Assembly (NCBI GenBank): GCA_963422375.2
Contig: OY729427.2
Location: 1,248,001-1,312,000 of the forward strand
Length of the DNA stretch: 64,000 bases
Direction of reading: 5' to 3'
From: Bryobacterales bacterium
GTDB taxonomy: Bacteria; Acidobacteriota; Terriglobia; Bryobacterales; UBA6623
Shown piece by piece: positions 32,096 through 43,269 of this stretch. The translations under genes and the position numbers were made by a program. The notes beneath the pieces were generated by a model. That model was not told where the DNA came from. It was given only the letters and a program-made list of their open reading frames with translations, and did not search any database. Positions within the stretch are counted from its first letter, which is position 1; each line of letters begins with the position of its first letter.

Positions 32096-35000
32096 CTACG
32101 GAAGCTCCAAACCGAACGCGCCCTTGATAGTGCCCTTGCTGTTGCCGTTGGAGACGGCGGTGTGCTCCACTTTCAGCTCGAACCGTCCGATCAGACCTTG
32201 CGGTCCTCGCCCGCCCGAGAGGTCCTGCCCGACGAACTGGCCCTTCACCGCGTAGCTGTGGGATCCGTCGGTCGTCGATGCGTCGGAGCCGGAGTAGATG
32301 GGAAGCACGACCTCTGTCGAGCCGTCCTCCTTCGCGATCAGCAGGTGGGCGTCTAGCTTCACGCTCGACTTTTTGTAATCGACTTCTTGTTTGAATCCAA
32401 CGAGGCCGTTCTTTTTGTCATGCGTAATGGGGATCTTCGTGAAGACGATCTTCTCCACCGGGTGGCCGATGTCCTTATCTACCTTGCCCGTCTTGGGGTC
32501 GTGGAGAGGTTGCTTGTAGCGATGGACTTCGTCCCAGGAGCCCGCTGACGTGGTTTTCAGCAGTTTTCCGCCGTCGTTCTTGGCGTAGTCCTTGTAACCG
32601 CCAACGCCCCAGCCGAACAGCTTGAGGGGGCCGAAGCCGTCGTTCTCGAGACCGCGCAGCTCTAGCCGCATTCTCGAGGAGTCGATCGCGTCGGCTTTCC
32701 ACTCCACCTGCGCCCAGGCCGTGCCCTTGAGGAAGTTCCCGGCGATCTGCGCCACGGTCTCTCCTTCGTACGAGAGCGTCGCCCCTAGCGGGTAGCGCGA
32801 GTCGTCGACGCCCTCGAACTCGGTCTGCGGCAGGGTGCTGTAGGCGAACACGTCATTCTTCCAAGACTGCTCGTAATAGGCTTCTGCTCTGGTGTCGATG
32901 CCCCCTTCGCTCTGGTACGTCGCGTGGGGGCTCCAGCGCCAGCGCCAAGAGCCTAGGTAGGTGTAGTCGGTGTGCGCGACGGACAGCAGGACGCTGGTGC
33001 GCGGGGCGTCCCAGACAGACGCCAAGGGCTTGCCCGCCTTGGGATCGTAGATCTGCGTGGGGATGTCGCTGAAGACGCCCTGCGCCTCGAAGGCCTCCTC
33101 GAAGGCCTCCTCGTTCGCGAGCGCCGCCTGAACTCGCGCGACCAGGTCGATACTGTCGGCGATCTCCCTGTTCGTTGCGCCGAGCGCGAGCAAGCGGTCA
33201 GCGTCGTCAGCGTCGTCAGCGCCGGCCGGCCAGACGCCACTGTCGCTGATCGCTAGGGAGTGGGCTTGGAGCTCCCAAGTAGTCTTGCCCTCGCTGACCG
33301 TCTTCTTCCACCAGCCGAAGACGTGGTCGGACAGGGCGGCGTTGACCTTGTTGAGCTCCTTCTGGCGGACCTGCACCAGATCGACCCCGGCGGTGGAGGC
33401 GGAGATCCCCTGAAGGACCCTCAGGGCGTCGCTCACCTCCTCGTGGGCCGCCGCGATCTGCCTCTTGCCGGCGAAATGAAGGTCGGGCAGCATCTCGGGA
33501 AAGACGGTCCGCTCCGCCTCCGCCGTCAGTTCGTATTTGTCGTCCCCGGCCCCGAACATCTCCTTCAGGCTGAGTTTCTCGAGCTGGCTCCCGCCTTCGT
33601 CGACCGGCGCCTTCAGCTCCAGGTTGCCGGCGTTGAGCTTCCATTCCATCCCGGAAGGCGCCTGCGGGGCGATGCTCGCCCTGAACTTGCTGACGTCGTC
33701 GGAGCCGGCGGGGGTGGCGCCGGAGACCGGCAGGTCGCCGGGCTGGCGGACGGCGCCGAAGCCGCCGGCGATGTAGTCGGCGCTGTCGGTCTTGCTTAGG
33801 TTGCCGGCGGACCAGGTGCCGACGGCCTCGCTGCCGGCGGCGTCGCCGGTGCCGACGAGCTGGCCGGCGAACGAGCCCAGCGCGGCTCTGGCCGGTTGCC
33901 CGCTGCGCAGCGGGTCGAAGCTGAGGGTGACGCCGCCGTCGCGCGGGTCGCCGCTCTTCTTGGCCCGGGACCAGCTGGCGCGGCGCTGCAGCGCCGCCTC
34001 GGGCAGGGCCACCGACTGGACGGGCAAGCCTCTGTGGGCCCAGCTGTCGCCGGCGCCGATGCTGGCCAGCCCGCTCACCAGGCCGCTGACCTTCTCGTTT
34101 CCGGGGGTCAGGGTGACGGCGATCTCGACGGCGCCTTCGTAGAGGACGCCCTCGCCGTCGACGGCGAGGGTGCCGCCGCGGTAATGGGCGGCGCCGCTGG
34201 CGCTGACGTCCGTCCTGTAGCGCGTGGGGGCGGCGGTGGCGTAGGCGAAGCCGCCCAGCTCGCCCCGGCCGTCGTGCTCGTAGGCGGCCCCTTCGTCGGC
34301 GTGCCCGCGCCGCTTGACGGCCGCGGCGCCGTAGCGCGTGCTGCCGAGAGTGCGCAGGGCGGCCTCGCCCTCGAACTCCCTGGCATCGAAGATCTTGCGG
34401 GCCTGGGCGGGGGTGCGGGGGTCGATTTCGGCGAAGACCCCCAGGCTGTTCTTGGCGGTGGCCTCGACGAGCGCGTCGGCGCTGGAGAGGGCGTCGATGA
34501 CGTCCTGCAGGGCCCCGACGGCGCGCCGCGGAGTGGTGTCCGCCACGCCTTGTTCGACGAGCCCTTTCTTGCCGAAGACGCTCTTGATGACATCGTCGGC
34601 CTTGTTCCACTGGGTGGTGAGGGCGTTCGTCAGGTTCGTCCGGTCGTCGGCCCCGGTGAGATTCTCGACGAGCGCCTCCATGACCCCGCGGATGGCGACG
34701 AGGTCCTTGACGGCGTCCTCGACGAAGGTCGGGTCGGAGTCGCGCGGGTGCGTGTCGCTGCCGGCGCCGAGCAGCGCGCCGACGTCGAAGGAGGCGCCGC
34801 CGACGAGCAGCTCGGTGTTTTCCTCGTCGGCGGGGGTGTCGCCGTCGTCGGCGGAGAGCTCGAGGTCGGATTCGAGGTGGTCGGTTTTGAAGGCCGTCCT
34901 GCCTTCGATATCGAGGTCGTAGCGATCGGCGAGGAGGGAGCCGTCGTCGGTTTGGAGGACGCGGTAGAGGCTGCCCTGGATGTCGGCGTCGCCGGAGGCG

Positions 35001-36742
35001 GCGAGCTCGGCGGAGGCGCCGGAGGCGGGGTCGGAGAGGGTCCAGCCGGCGCCGCCCTCGAGGGTGCTGGCGGCGAGGGGGGCGCCGCGCACCTCGACGT
35101 CGGCGGGTTGGAAGGCGGCGGACCAGTTGCCGGCGTCGTCGAGGGAGAGGGCGTAGGCGTCGCCGGAGGCGGCGGGGTGGACGTGGCCGTGGGCGACGGG
35201 GTCGCCGCCGGGCTCGGGCGAGGCGGACCAGGAGCCGTCCTCGGCGCGGTAGAGCTGCAGGCTGCCGGCGAGGCCGACGGCGACGGCCTGGGAGCCGCTC
35301 TGGGAGTCGTCGCGGACGTAGGCGGCGGAGTATTCGCCGGTGGCGGGGTCGCGGGTGACGGCGTAGGCGTTGTCGTAGCCGGCGACCGGGACGGTGAGTT
35401 TGGCGGGGACGGGCTCGCCGGAGGCGAGGGTCCAGGAGCCGTCCTCGGCCTGCGCGAGGTCGAGGGTTCCGCCGTGCTGGCCGAGCATGACGGAGGCGGT
35501 GGCGGCCTGGTGGGCGGCGGCCCACTTGCCGTCGGCCAGGGACAGGGTCCACTTGAGGCCGAGGCTGTCGGCGTAGGCGGCGCCGTCGGCGACGGGGGAG
35601 CCGGCCGCGGACCAGGTTCCGTCCTCGGCCTGCGCGAGCTCGACGCTGCGGCCGGAGCCGCCGAGGGCTACGGGCTGGGTGGCGGGCACGTGCTGGCCGG
35701 CCCAGGAGCCGTCCTCGCCCTGGGCGAGCCGGTACTGCAGGCCGTTGGCGGGGCCGGCGACCTCGCGGCCGGCGGCGAGGGGCTCGCCGCCGAGCCAGGC
35801 GGAGCCGTCCTCGGCCACGTCGAGCGCGAGGGTGCCGCCGAGCGTGCCGAGGGCGGCGGAGGCGCTGCGGGGCACGTAGGCGCCGGCCCAGGCGCCGTCC
35901 TCGTTCTGGGCGAGGCGGTACTGGGGCCCGCCGGCGTCGCCGACGAGGGCGCCGTCGGCGGCCTCCCCGCCGGGCAGGGACCAGGTCTTGTCCTCGTTCT
36001 GGGAGAGCGCGAGGGTTCCGCCGAGCTGGCCGAGCATGACGGAGGCGGAGGCGGCCTGGTATTCGGCGCTCCATGCGCCGTCCTCGCCCAGGGCGAGCTT
36101 GTAGTGGAGGCCGTTGTCGCCGGGGACGGTGAGGTTCTCGGGCAGGGCCTCCCCGCCGGCGGACCAGGTCTTGTCCTCGTTCTGGGAGAGCGCGAGGGTT
36201 CCGCCGAGCTGGCCGAGCATGACGGAGGCGGAGGCGGCCTGGTATTCGGCGCTCCATGCGCCGTCCTCGCCCAGGGCGAGCTTGTAGTGGAGGCCGTTGT
36301 CGCCGGGGACGGTGAGGTTCTCGGGCAGGGCCTCCCCGCCGGCGGACCAGGTCTTGTCCTCGTTCTGGGAGAGCGCGAGGGTTCCGCCGAGCTGGCCGAG
36401 CATGACGGAGGCGGAGGCGGCCTGGTATTCGGCGGCCCACTTGCCGTCGGCCAGGGCGAGCTTGTAGGCGAGGCCGTTCTCCTCGCCGGTGACGGGGGCG
36501 CCGTCGGCGACGTCCTCGCCGTTGAGGGTGAAGCCGCCGCCCTCCTTGGTCATGAGGGTGAGCTTGCCGCCGTGCTGGCCGAGGGCGACCTCGACGGGCT
36601 GGGGCTGGAAGGGCGCGGGCTGGGGCGCGGGCGGCTGCACCACGGGGGCGGGCTCGTCCCCGCCGCAGGCGGCGAGGCCGAGGGCCAGGGCGGCGAGCAG
36701 GCCGGCGGTCGCTAGCGCGCGCGGGATGCTGCTGGGGGTCAT
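32096..36742 (-). CDS. Giant surface lipoprotein, copy 3 (1548 aa)
   Basis: True start MTPSS at 36742 with SD; same lipobox and N-terminal half as copy 1; barrel motifs FAGQLVG..AVGTW..IAGGFGA and VKGQFVG..GLIGRF..IKGAFGL. Confidence 0.87.
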   Translation of the reverse strand: MTPSSIPRALATAGLLAALALGLAACGGDEPAPVVQPPAPQPAPFQPQPVEVALGQHGGKLTLMTKEGGGFTLNGEDVADGAPVTGEENGLAYKLALADGKWAAEYQAASASVMLGQLGGTLALSQNEDKTWSAGGEALPENLTVPGDNGLHYKLALGEDGAWSAEYQAASASVMLGQLGGTLALSQNEDKTWSAGGEALPENLTVPGDNGLHYKLALGEDGAWSAEYQAASASVMLGQLGGTLALSQNEDKTWSLPGGEAADGALVGDAGGPQYRLAQNEDGAWAGAYVPRSASAALGTLGGTLALDVAEDGSAWLGGEPLAAGREVAGPANGLQYRLAQGEDGSWAGQHVPATQPVALGGSGRSVELAQAEDGTWSAAGSPVADGAAYADSLGLKWTLSLADGKWAAAHQAATASVMLGQHGGTLDLAQAEDGSWTLASGEPVPAKLTVPVAGYDNAYAVTRDPATGEYSAAYVRDDSQSGSQAVAVGLAGSLQLYRAEDGSWSASPEPGGDPVAHGHVHPAASGDAYALSLDDAGNWSAAFQPADVEVRGAPLAASTLEGGAGWTLSDPASGASAELAASGDADIQGSLYRVLQTDDGSLLADRYDLDIEGRTAFKTDHLESDLELSADDGDTPADEENTELLVGGASFDVGALLGAGSDTHPRDSDPTFVEDAVKDLVAIRGVMEALVENLTGADDRTNLTNALTTQWNKADDVIKSVFGKKGLVEQGVADTTPRRAVGALQDVIDALSSADALVEATAKNSLGVFAEIDPRTPAQARKIFDAREFEGEAALRTLGSTRYGAAAVKRRGHADEGAAYEHDGRGELGGFAYATAAPTRYRTDVSASGAAHYRGGTLAVDGEGVLYEGAVEIAVTLTPGNEKVSGLVSGLASIGAGDSWAHRGLPVQSVALPEAALQRRASWSRAKKSGDPRDGGVTLSFDPLRSGQPARAALGSFAGQLVGTGDAAGSEAVGTWSAGNLSKTDSADYIAGGFGAVRQPGDLPVSGATPAGSDDVSKFRASIAPQAPSGMEWKLNAGNLELKAPVDEGGSQLEKLSLKEMFGAGDDKYELTAEAERTVFPEMLPDLHFAGKRQIAAAHEEVSDALRVLQGISASTAGVDLVQVRQKELNKVNAALSDHVFGWWKKTVSEGKTTWELQAHSLAISDSGVWPAGADDADDADRLLALGATNREIADSIDLVARVQAALANEEAFEEAFEAQGVFSDIPTQIYDPKAGKPLASVWDAPRTSVLLSVAHTDYTYLGSWRWRWSPHATYQSEGGIDTRAEAYYEQSWKNDVFAYSTLPQTEFEGVDDSRYPLGATLSYEGETVAQIAGNFLKGTAWAQVEWKADAIDSSRMRLELRGLENDGFGPLKLFGWGVGGYKDYAKNDGGKLLKTTSAGSWDEVHRYKQPLHDPKTGKVDKDIGHPVEKIVFTKIPITHDKKNGLVGFKQEVDYKKSSVKLDAHLLIAKEDGSTEVVLPIYSGSDASTTDGSHSYAVKGQFVGQDLSGGRGPQGLIGRFELKVEHTAVSNGNSKGTIKGAFGLELP

Positions 36743-36776
36743 GGGTGGTTCTCTTCTCCTTCTCTTTGCGGTCGGG
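34913..36776. repeat. Right arm of the ~1.86-kb inverted repeat
   Basis: Reverse complement of 17664-19527, including the 183-bp tandem units. Confidence 0.93.
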
Positions 36777-36841
36777 CCCCGCGACGGGCAGGGCCCGCCT
36801 GAGGCCAGCGCGTGCAGGACTCCCCGCAGGCGCTTACTGAC

Positions 36842-36871
36842 AGCATCCCACAGGGAATCCCCGCATGTCAA
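36842..36871 (-). promoter_or_regulatory. Candidate sigma70 promoter for lipoprotein copy 3
   Basis: Minus strand TTGACA-N18-GATGCT with an AT-richer tract upstream, ~100 nt before the ATG and outside the inverted repeat. Confidence 0.55.
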
Positions 36872-37402
36872 GGGGCGTTTGACTGAAATTGAAGATTTCT
36901 TGGGCGGGCCGGAGATCTCCCGAAAGTGCATTCGGTCGGGTGCGGGTTCCCCCGCTGGAAGTCTTGCTGCTCCGTGGTAGCCGGCCCGTGGCCCGTTCCC
37001 TCCCCGGGGATTGCCTCCGAAGCGGCGGCACCGCATAGGCGACTCCCGCATTGACCGCATCGATTGCAACGCCTCCTTCGTTTCGACTCCGTCCAGCCGA
37101 GCGGCAGACAGCGCCAATGTCCACCTGTTGCCCGTCCTTCTCCGCGAGGCTCCCTTGCAATGCGAGCGGGAGGTGGCGGGAGGTCTTGTCGTTGTCAGGC
37201 CTAGGCAGCCACGATGGCCGTCGACCGGTCGAAGGACACTCCGGCATGCATTGCCCCTAGAATTCCAGACAGTGATTCCGCTAGGCAGCCCCGGGGTTCC
37301 CTCGAGGCGTAAGTCTCGGCACCATGGCAGGATTCGGCTCACTTGATCGGATCCGATCAGAGTCTGCGCCGGAAGCGGCCTCGCGGCCGCCTCTTGTCGT
37401 AA

Positions 37403-38704
37403 GGACGTTGTCGGGAATTAGATTTCCATGTTCTGAGTTTTGTGTTCTCATCATCCGATGAGACGCAATCTTGAACTCGAAGCGACAATTGTTGAGCAGT
37501 ACGCGGCGGTGGAAGCGTTTCTCGACGAGCGCGGGCGTCGGCTATGGGCGGCGACGGAGTCGCGTGCCATCGGGTATGGGGGAGATGCGCTGGTATCGGA
37601 CGCGACTGGGTTGTCGCGCGCGACCATCCGCGCCATCCGCGCGGGGCGTCGAGAGCTGGCATCCGGCAGTGTTGAACGCGGTCGGATACGCCGCCCGGGC
37701 GCCGGGCGGCCCGGCATCGAGCAGTCGCAGCCGGGCATCAAGCAAGCACTGGAGAAGCTGGTTGACCCGTTGACTCGCGGTGACCCGGAGTCGCCGTTGC
37801 GCTGGACATGCAAGAGTCGGGCGAAGCTCACCGCGGCGTTGTCGCAGGCGGGTTGGAAGGTGAGTTCGACGACGGCGAGCCGTTTACTGCATGAGCTTGG
37901 CTACAGCCTGCAATCGGTGCGCAAGAGTCTCGAAGGGACAACCCGCCCCGACCGGGACGCGCAGTTCGAGCACGTCAATACGAAGGCGGATGATTTTCTG
38001 CAACGTTGTCAGCCAGTGGTCTCGGTCGACACCAAGAAGAAGGAACTGGTGGATGAATTCAAGAACGGTGGGGGGGAATGGCAACCGAAGGGGAGCCCCG
38101 AGAAATCACTGGCGCATGATTTTCCCAAGGACTCGTCGGGCAAAGCGATTCCGTATGGCATCTATGACATGGGGCGCAACGAAGCATGGGTGCATGTTGG
38201 ACGTGATCACGACACGCCCGCGTTTGCCGTGGCCTCGCTGCGACGGTGGTGGAACGAGACGGGGAAGCGCCGCTACCCCGAGACTGGCGAGCTGTTCATC
38301 ACTGCCGATGCGGGCGGCAGCAACGGGTATCGCTCTCGAGCCTGGAAGCATCGACTGCAGAAGTTCGCTGACGAGACATGTCTTCGCATCCACGTCAGCC
38401 ACTTGCCGCCGGGGACCAGTAAATGGAATAAGATTGAGCACCGCCTGTTCTGCCACATCACGCAGAATTGGCGAGGCAAACCACTGCGTACATTTGAGAC
38501 CATTGTCGACTTGATCGGCGGTACGCGAACAGCCGCTGGCCTTCGGGTCGAAGCCAAACTTGACAATAGAAAGTACCCGACCGGTGAGGCAGTAACGAAG
38601 GCGGAGATGGACGCCCTGTCGCTCCATCGGAACGAGTTCCACGGTGATTGGAACTACGAACTACATCCACGATGAAGTTGGAAACTTAATATCGATCAAA
38701 GTCC
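37403..38704 (+). mobile_element. ISAzo13-family IS, apparently intact
   Basis: Ends GGACGTTG...AAAGTCC with 3-bp TAA flanks; lower GC than surroundings. Confidence 0.85.
37458..38675 (+). CDS. ISAzo13-family transposase
   Basis: RGDPESPLRWTCKS, SVDTKKKE, ITADAGGSNG, PPGTSKWNKIEHRLF and HGDWNY motifs; uninterrupted ORF. Confidence 0.92.
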   Translation: MRRNLELEATIVEQYAAVEAFLDERGRRLWAATESRAIGYGGDALVSDATGLSRATIRAIRAGRRELASGSVERGRIRRPGAGRPGIEQSQPGIKQALEKLVDPLTRGDPESPLRWTCKSRAKLTAALSQAGWKVSSTTASRLLHELGYSLQSVRKSLEGTTRPDRDAQFEHVNTKADDFLQRCQPVVSVDTKKKELVDEFKNGGGEWQPKGSPEKSLAHDFPKDSSGKAIPYGIYDMGRNEAWVHVGRDHDTPAFAVASLRRWWNETGKRRYPETGELFITADAGGSNGYRSRAWKHRLQKFADETCLRIHVSHLPPGTSKWNKIEHRLFCHITQNWRGKPLRTFETIVDLIGGTRTAAGLRVEAKLDNRKYPTGEAVTKAEMDALSLHRNEFHGDWNYELHPR

Positions 38705-39091
38705 TAAGGTCACATCCCGGGCTTGGCCGGGACGAGCTCCTTCCGCGGCCGACCGGGCTTCAACGCCTCTGAGGGGCCTTCCTTCCGGCTCTCTTCAGGC
38801 ATGACCCAAATCCTCCACCGCCACGCGCGGCGGCCGCCTGCGTCACAAGGAGCTGGAACGTTGAAACCGCCGCCAATTTGGAGCGGCCACTGTTCCAGCC
38901 CTTCCAGCTAGCCGGCCGAGGCCACCGACGGCCCTCGAAGGCGCGCCCGCGGGCAGGTCAGTGCCCATGCGGTGGACTACGCCGTCGATCCGCCCGAACT
39001 AGGCACTGTTCCCCGGCGGGCATAGCCACGTCGAGGAGTGCAAGACTTTCCGGCCCTGAGGCTCTTACTGAAAGCATCAAAAGTAATCCTG

Positions 39092-39877
39092 GCATCCGCT
39101 CCCGCAAGCTCTGGCAGTGCCATGCCTGCCACCGCCAGAGCTCCCTCGTCGCCGGCACGATCTTGGCCGCCAGCAAGCTGCCGCTGACCGTCTGGTTGCT
39201 GGCGCTCCACCTGCTGACGCAGGGCCAGCACGGCGTTTCGTCGCTGGAACTGGCGCGGCAGCTGGGCGTGAGCCGGAACACGGCTTGGAAGGTGAAGCAC
39301 AAGCTCCTGCCAGTGCTGAAGGAGCGCGACGAGCGCGTGCCCCTGCGCGGCATCGTGCAGGTGGACGATGCCTGCTGGGGCGGGCAGCGGACCGGCGGCA
39401 AGCGCGGGCGCGGCGGGCAAGACGCCGTTCGTCGCCGCCGTGCAGGTCACCGCCGCCGGCCAGCCGGCAAAGATGCGCCTGAGCAGCGTGGCGGGCTTGC
39501 GCAAGAAGACGCTGGCAGCGTGGGCCGGGCGGCACTTGCAGCCCGGCACGGAGGTGCATTCCGACGGCCCGGCCTGCTTGCGGGGCGTGGCCGGCGCCGG
39601 CTGCGAGCACGTCCCGACCGTCACCGGAGGCGGGCAGCGGAGCTGCGGGCATTCCCGCTTCGTCCGGGTCAACACGATGCTGGCGAACGTCAAGCAGTCC
39701 CTGGCGGGAACCTGTCATGCGCTCGACGGCAAGCACCTGCCGCGGTACCTCGCCGAGTTCTGCTACCGCTACGACCTGGAGGCGCTGGTCCCCCGCCTGC
39801 TCCACGCCTCCGTGCGCACTCCGCCCATACCTTACCGCCTCTTAACCTTGGCAGAGTCTTGTGGGTAATCAGGAAAG
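39092..39877 (+). mobile_element. 5'-truncated IS1595-family copy (second subgroup)
   Basis: Near-identical inverted copy of ~41517-42313; right TIR GGTAATCAGGAAAG. Confidence 0.85.
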
Positions 39878-39904
39878 TAATTGTCACACCCTGCCCCCAT
39901 CTAG

Positions 39905-41370
39905 CCCGCATTATTCACGAATGCGGCGCAGGCTCATGGGTCCAGTTTTTGGGCCCCCGATGGCCGCCGAATCTGCTTCCGAAACGCCTGCGGGCGGGGC
40001 TTGCGGGGCGTCTCGCGAGCGGCCTGCGGGCCGCGGACACCTCCTCGGCGGCACCCGCCCGGGGGGCAGGCACGGTTTCCCCCGGCAGCGCCCGGCGCCT
40101 GCCGACACTCTCCGGATTGACCCGGCCCGGCGTCATATCGGCACGGCCCCCAAGCCCCGCGCCGCCACCGCCCAGGCGTCCCGGAACGGTGCCATCCGCG
40201 GCACTCGCAGCACGCTCCGCTGCGCCGTGGCCGCGACCCGCGCCCCCGGCTTCGGCAGGCCGAGGCGCAACCCGTCCACCCGGCGCTTCCGCAGCGGCGT
40301 GTCCCGTGCCTGCCAGCGCAGTTCCTGCATGATCACGCAGGCCGCCGCCGCGAGCGGCGCGCGGAACCGGTTCGCCGCGAAGCTCGAGCAGCTGGCGCGG
40401 TCCATCCGCATCCCGTGCTCGAGCTCCTTGACGCGGTTCTCCACGTCCCCCCGCAGGCAGTGGATCCGCTCGTAGAGGCGCTGCGGGCTGCCGCCCGCGT
40501 TGGTCACCACGTAGCGCGGGTTCCACTGCGGGGCGCGCCCGGGAAACTCGCTCACGTCCGCCTTGACGATCACCCGCCGCGCCCGCGCCCGGCGGCCCGC
40601 CCGGTAGACGAACTGCCCGTGCAGCGGGCCCGGGTTCTTGCCCGCGTCCTCCGCGCCCGGCCGGCCCCCCTGCGTGCCGGCTCCCAGCCGCGCGTACTTC
40701 GCCCGCAACTGCTCCGGCCGGGACGGCGGGTCCCCCGCGGCCGCCGCTGCCCCGCCGGGGTCCGTGCCCGGGGTGCCGCCGGGCGCACGCCGGGCCTCGA
40801 CGGCCGCCCGCAACGGGGCCGCGCGCCGCTCCGGCACCGCGTTCTTCTGCAGGCACGCCACGTACTCCAGGCCCTCGCGCTCGCCATAGGCCAGCAGCTC
40901 GTCCCCTTGGAAGCCCGCGTCCAAGCGCAGGCGCAGCGTCGCCCGCGGGAAGCATTCCCGCAGCAGCGGCAGCAAGCGCTCCAGCAGCGGCAGCAAGCCC
41001 TCCGCGGCCGCGGCCGTGCCCGAGCGCAGCAGCGCCGCCACGAGATGCCGCTCGCGCTCGTCGTCGAAGCGCACCACGCCCACCAGCGGCAAGTAGCAAT
41101 GCGTGTCGTAGAAGCCGTTGAACAGCGCCAGCTGCCGGCCCCCGTGCCGCGGCTCGCAGGCCGGGTCGAAGTCCAGCTCGACGATGCTCGTCTCGGGGCG
41201 CCGCTCGTGCCGGCGCCGCACGACGCAGCGGGCCGGCACCGCGGACGCGCGCTCGGCGCGTCCGCGGTGACGGCGTTCTCGAAGCGCGACAGGGTAGGCC
41301 GGGACGGCAGGTCGCGACCCTGCCAGGGGTCGCGCCCGAGCAGCAGCTTGAACACGGGGTCGCCGCCGAG
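39905..41370 (-). mobile_element. IS1380-family copy, 5'-truncated
   Basis: CTAG then CCCGCATTATTCACGA end; similar to 23011-24245 with fewer deletions. Confidence 0.87.
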
Positions 41371-41516
41371 CAAGAAAGAAGATTTGGAGATTGTTGCTTG
41401 AAACATGCAAAGATGAATTTGAAGATCAAGCGTTCTTGTTGCGGACTGCTGAGGCAGAACTACTCCGTTGCGACAGCAATTCACTCAATAAATTCTCTAC
41501 TGAGAGGCGCAAAAGT

Positions 41517-42551
41517 CTTCCTGATTACCCACAAGACTCAGCCAAGGTTAGGAGGCGGTAAGGCATGGGCGGGGTGCGCACGGAGGCGAGGAGCAGGCGG
41601 GGGACCAGCGCCTCCAGATCGTAGCGGTGGTTGAAGCGGTAGCGGAACTCGGCGAGGTACCGCGGCAGGTGCTTGCCGTCGAGCGCATGGCAGGTTCCCG
41701 CCAGGGACTGCTTGACGTTCGCCAGCATCGTGTTGACCCGGACGAAGCGGGAATGCCCGCAGCTCCGCTGCCCGCCTCCGGTGACGGTCGGGACGTGCTC
41801 GCAGCCGGCGCCGGCCACGCCCCGCAAGCAGGCCGGGCCGTCGGAATGCACCTCCGTGCCGGGCTGCAAGTGCCGCCCGGCCCACGCTGCCAGCGTCTTC
41901 TTGCGCAAGCCCGCCACGCTGCTCAGGCGCATCCTTGCCGGCTGGCCGGCGGCGGTGACCTGCACGGCGGCGACGAACGGCGTCTTGCCCGCCGCGCCCG
42001 CGCTTGCCGCCGGTCCGCTGCCCGCCCCAGCAGGCATCGTCCACCTGCACGATGCCGCGCAGGGGCACGCGCTCGTCGCGCTCCTTCAGCACTGGCAGGA
42101 GCTTGTGCTTCACCTTCCAAGCCGTGTTCCGGCTCACGCCCAGCTGCCGCGCCAGTTCCAGCGACGAAACGCCGTGCTGGCCCTGCGTCAGCAGGTGGAG
42201 CGCCAGCAACCAGACGGTCAGCGGCAGCTTGCTGGCGGCCAAGATCGTGCCGGCGACGAGGGAGCTCTGGCGGTGGCAGGCATGGCACTGCCAGAGCTTG
42301 CGGGAGCGGATGCGGCAGTGCCGTCGGGAGCCGCACTCCGGGCAGCGGAAGCCGTCCGGCCAGCGGGCCTTGAAGACGGCGTGCTCGCATGGCCCCTCGC
42401 TGCCGTAGCGCTGCAGGAACTTGCCCAGGCTGAGTCCCTTCTGGAATTGCACGCGATTGCCTTTCAGCTGTTATCCCCTTTCCTATCAGAGATTTCCAAC
42501 CTCCTGCAGTATAGCATATCCTCGGCTGACGTTCGTTGGTAATCAGGAAAG
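41517..42551 (-). mobile_element. IS1595-family element with frameshifted transposase (41525-42452)
   Basis: TIRs CTTCCTGATTACC / GGTAATCAGGAAAG; QFQKGLSL, RWPDGFRCPEC, VQVDDA, HSDG and KHLPRYLAEF motifs; frameshift at GKRGRG. Confidence 0.88.
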
Positions 42552-43014
42552 TCTTTTCCTAAGATACGGGCCATACTCAGTCGACTTCCGATTCAATCTG
42601 TCATCATAGCAGCCCAGATATTGAGTCTTGAATTCTCGAACTTAGGCCTGCATATTGTGATATACCGTAACTATCTACACAGTATATTTCGTACTCGAAT
42701 TTGGAGGGCCTCCTTCTTAGCAGACTGCTTGGGAACCCAGTTGCCAGTACATTCTGGCCTGGCCGATCCGAAAAGACTTTTATGCCCCTCAGTACTACTC
42801 GCCGTTCGTTTCTTGGAGAGATTGCCGAAGTAGTCTTGCGGAATAAACCTCCTCCAGTATGGATCTAAGTCTCCATTTGCGATAGTCAGTTCTGGACAAT
42901 TGCACCCGTAAAGCTCATCACAGAGTCGCCGAAATACAGGATTCTACTGCTCTGGCAACTTGCCGGATCCCGACGCCTAAGCGAATTGACATAGCGCTTT
43001 GAGATGCGTACGTA

Positions 43015-43269
43015 GTGCCTGTGACAAAACTCGTATTCCCTTGACAACAAGGACGTTAGGTCCAATCTCTCAAGGCGAAGATTTCACTGGAATGCTAGGA
43101 CTAGTCCGAAATCCTGCCAATTCTGGGTAGAGCGCGGAAATCTTCGCGATTGGCGGCCGAGCAACTTCCGACCTTGGGCCCTATATATTGTGTTTGAAGA
43201 TCCATCCGACCTCAGGATGTAGTATGAAATGCTGATCGGGCCAGAATTCAGGGGTTTTGTCACAAGCAC
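43015..43269. mobile_element. MITE family A, 255 bp, opposite orientation to the 29623 copy
   Basis: TIRs GTGCCTGTGACAAAAC / GTTTTGTCACAAGCAC; 6-bp TSD TACGTA. Confidence 0.92.

Noticed and set aside
17698..36742. Diversity-generating retroelement or shufflon explaining the variable C-termini
   Set aside because: No reverse transcriptase, no TR/VR pair differing at adenines, no site-specific recombinase and no short crossover repeats were seen.
36743..37342. 200-aa N-terminal extension of lipoprotein copy 3
   Set aside because: SD, signal peptide and identity with copy 1 place the start at 36742; the extension would bury the lipobox.
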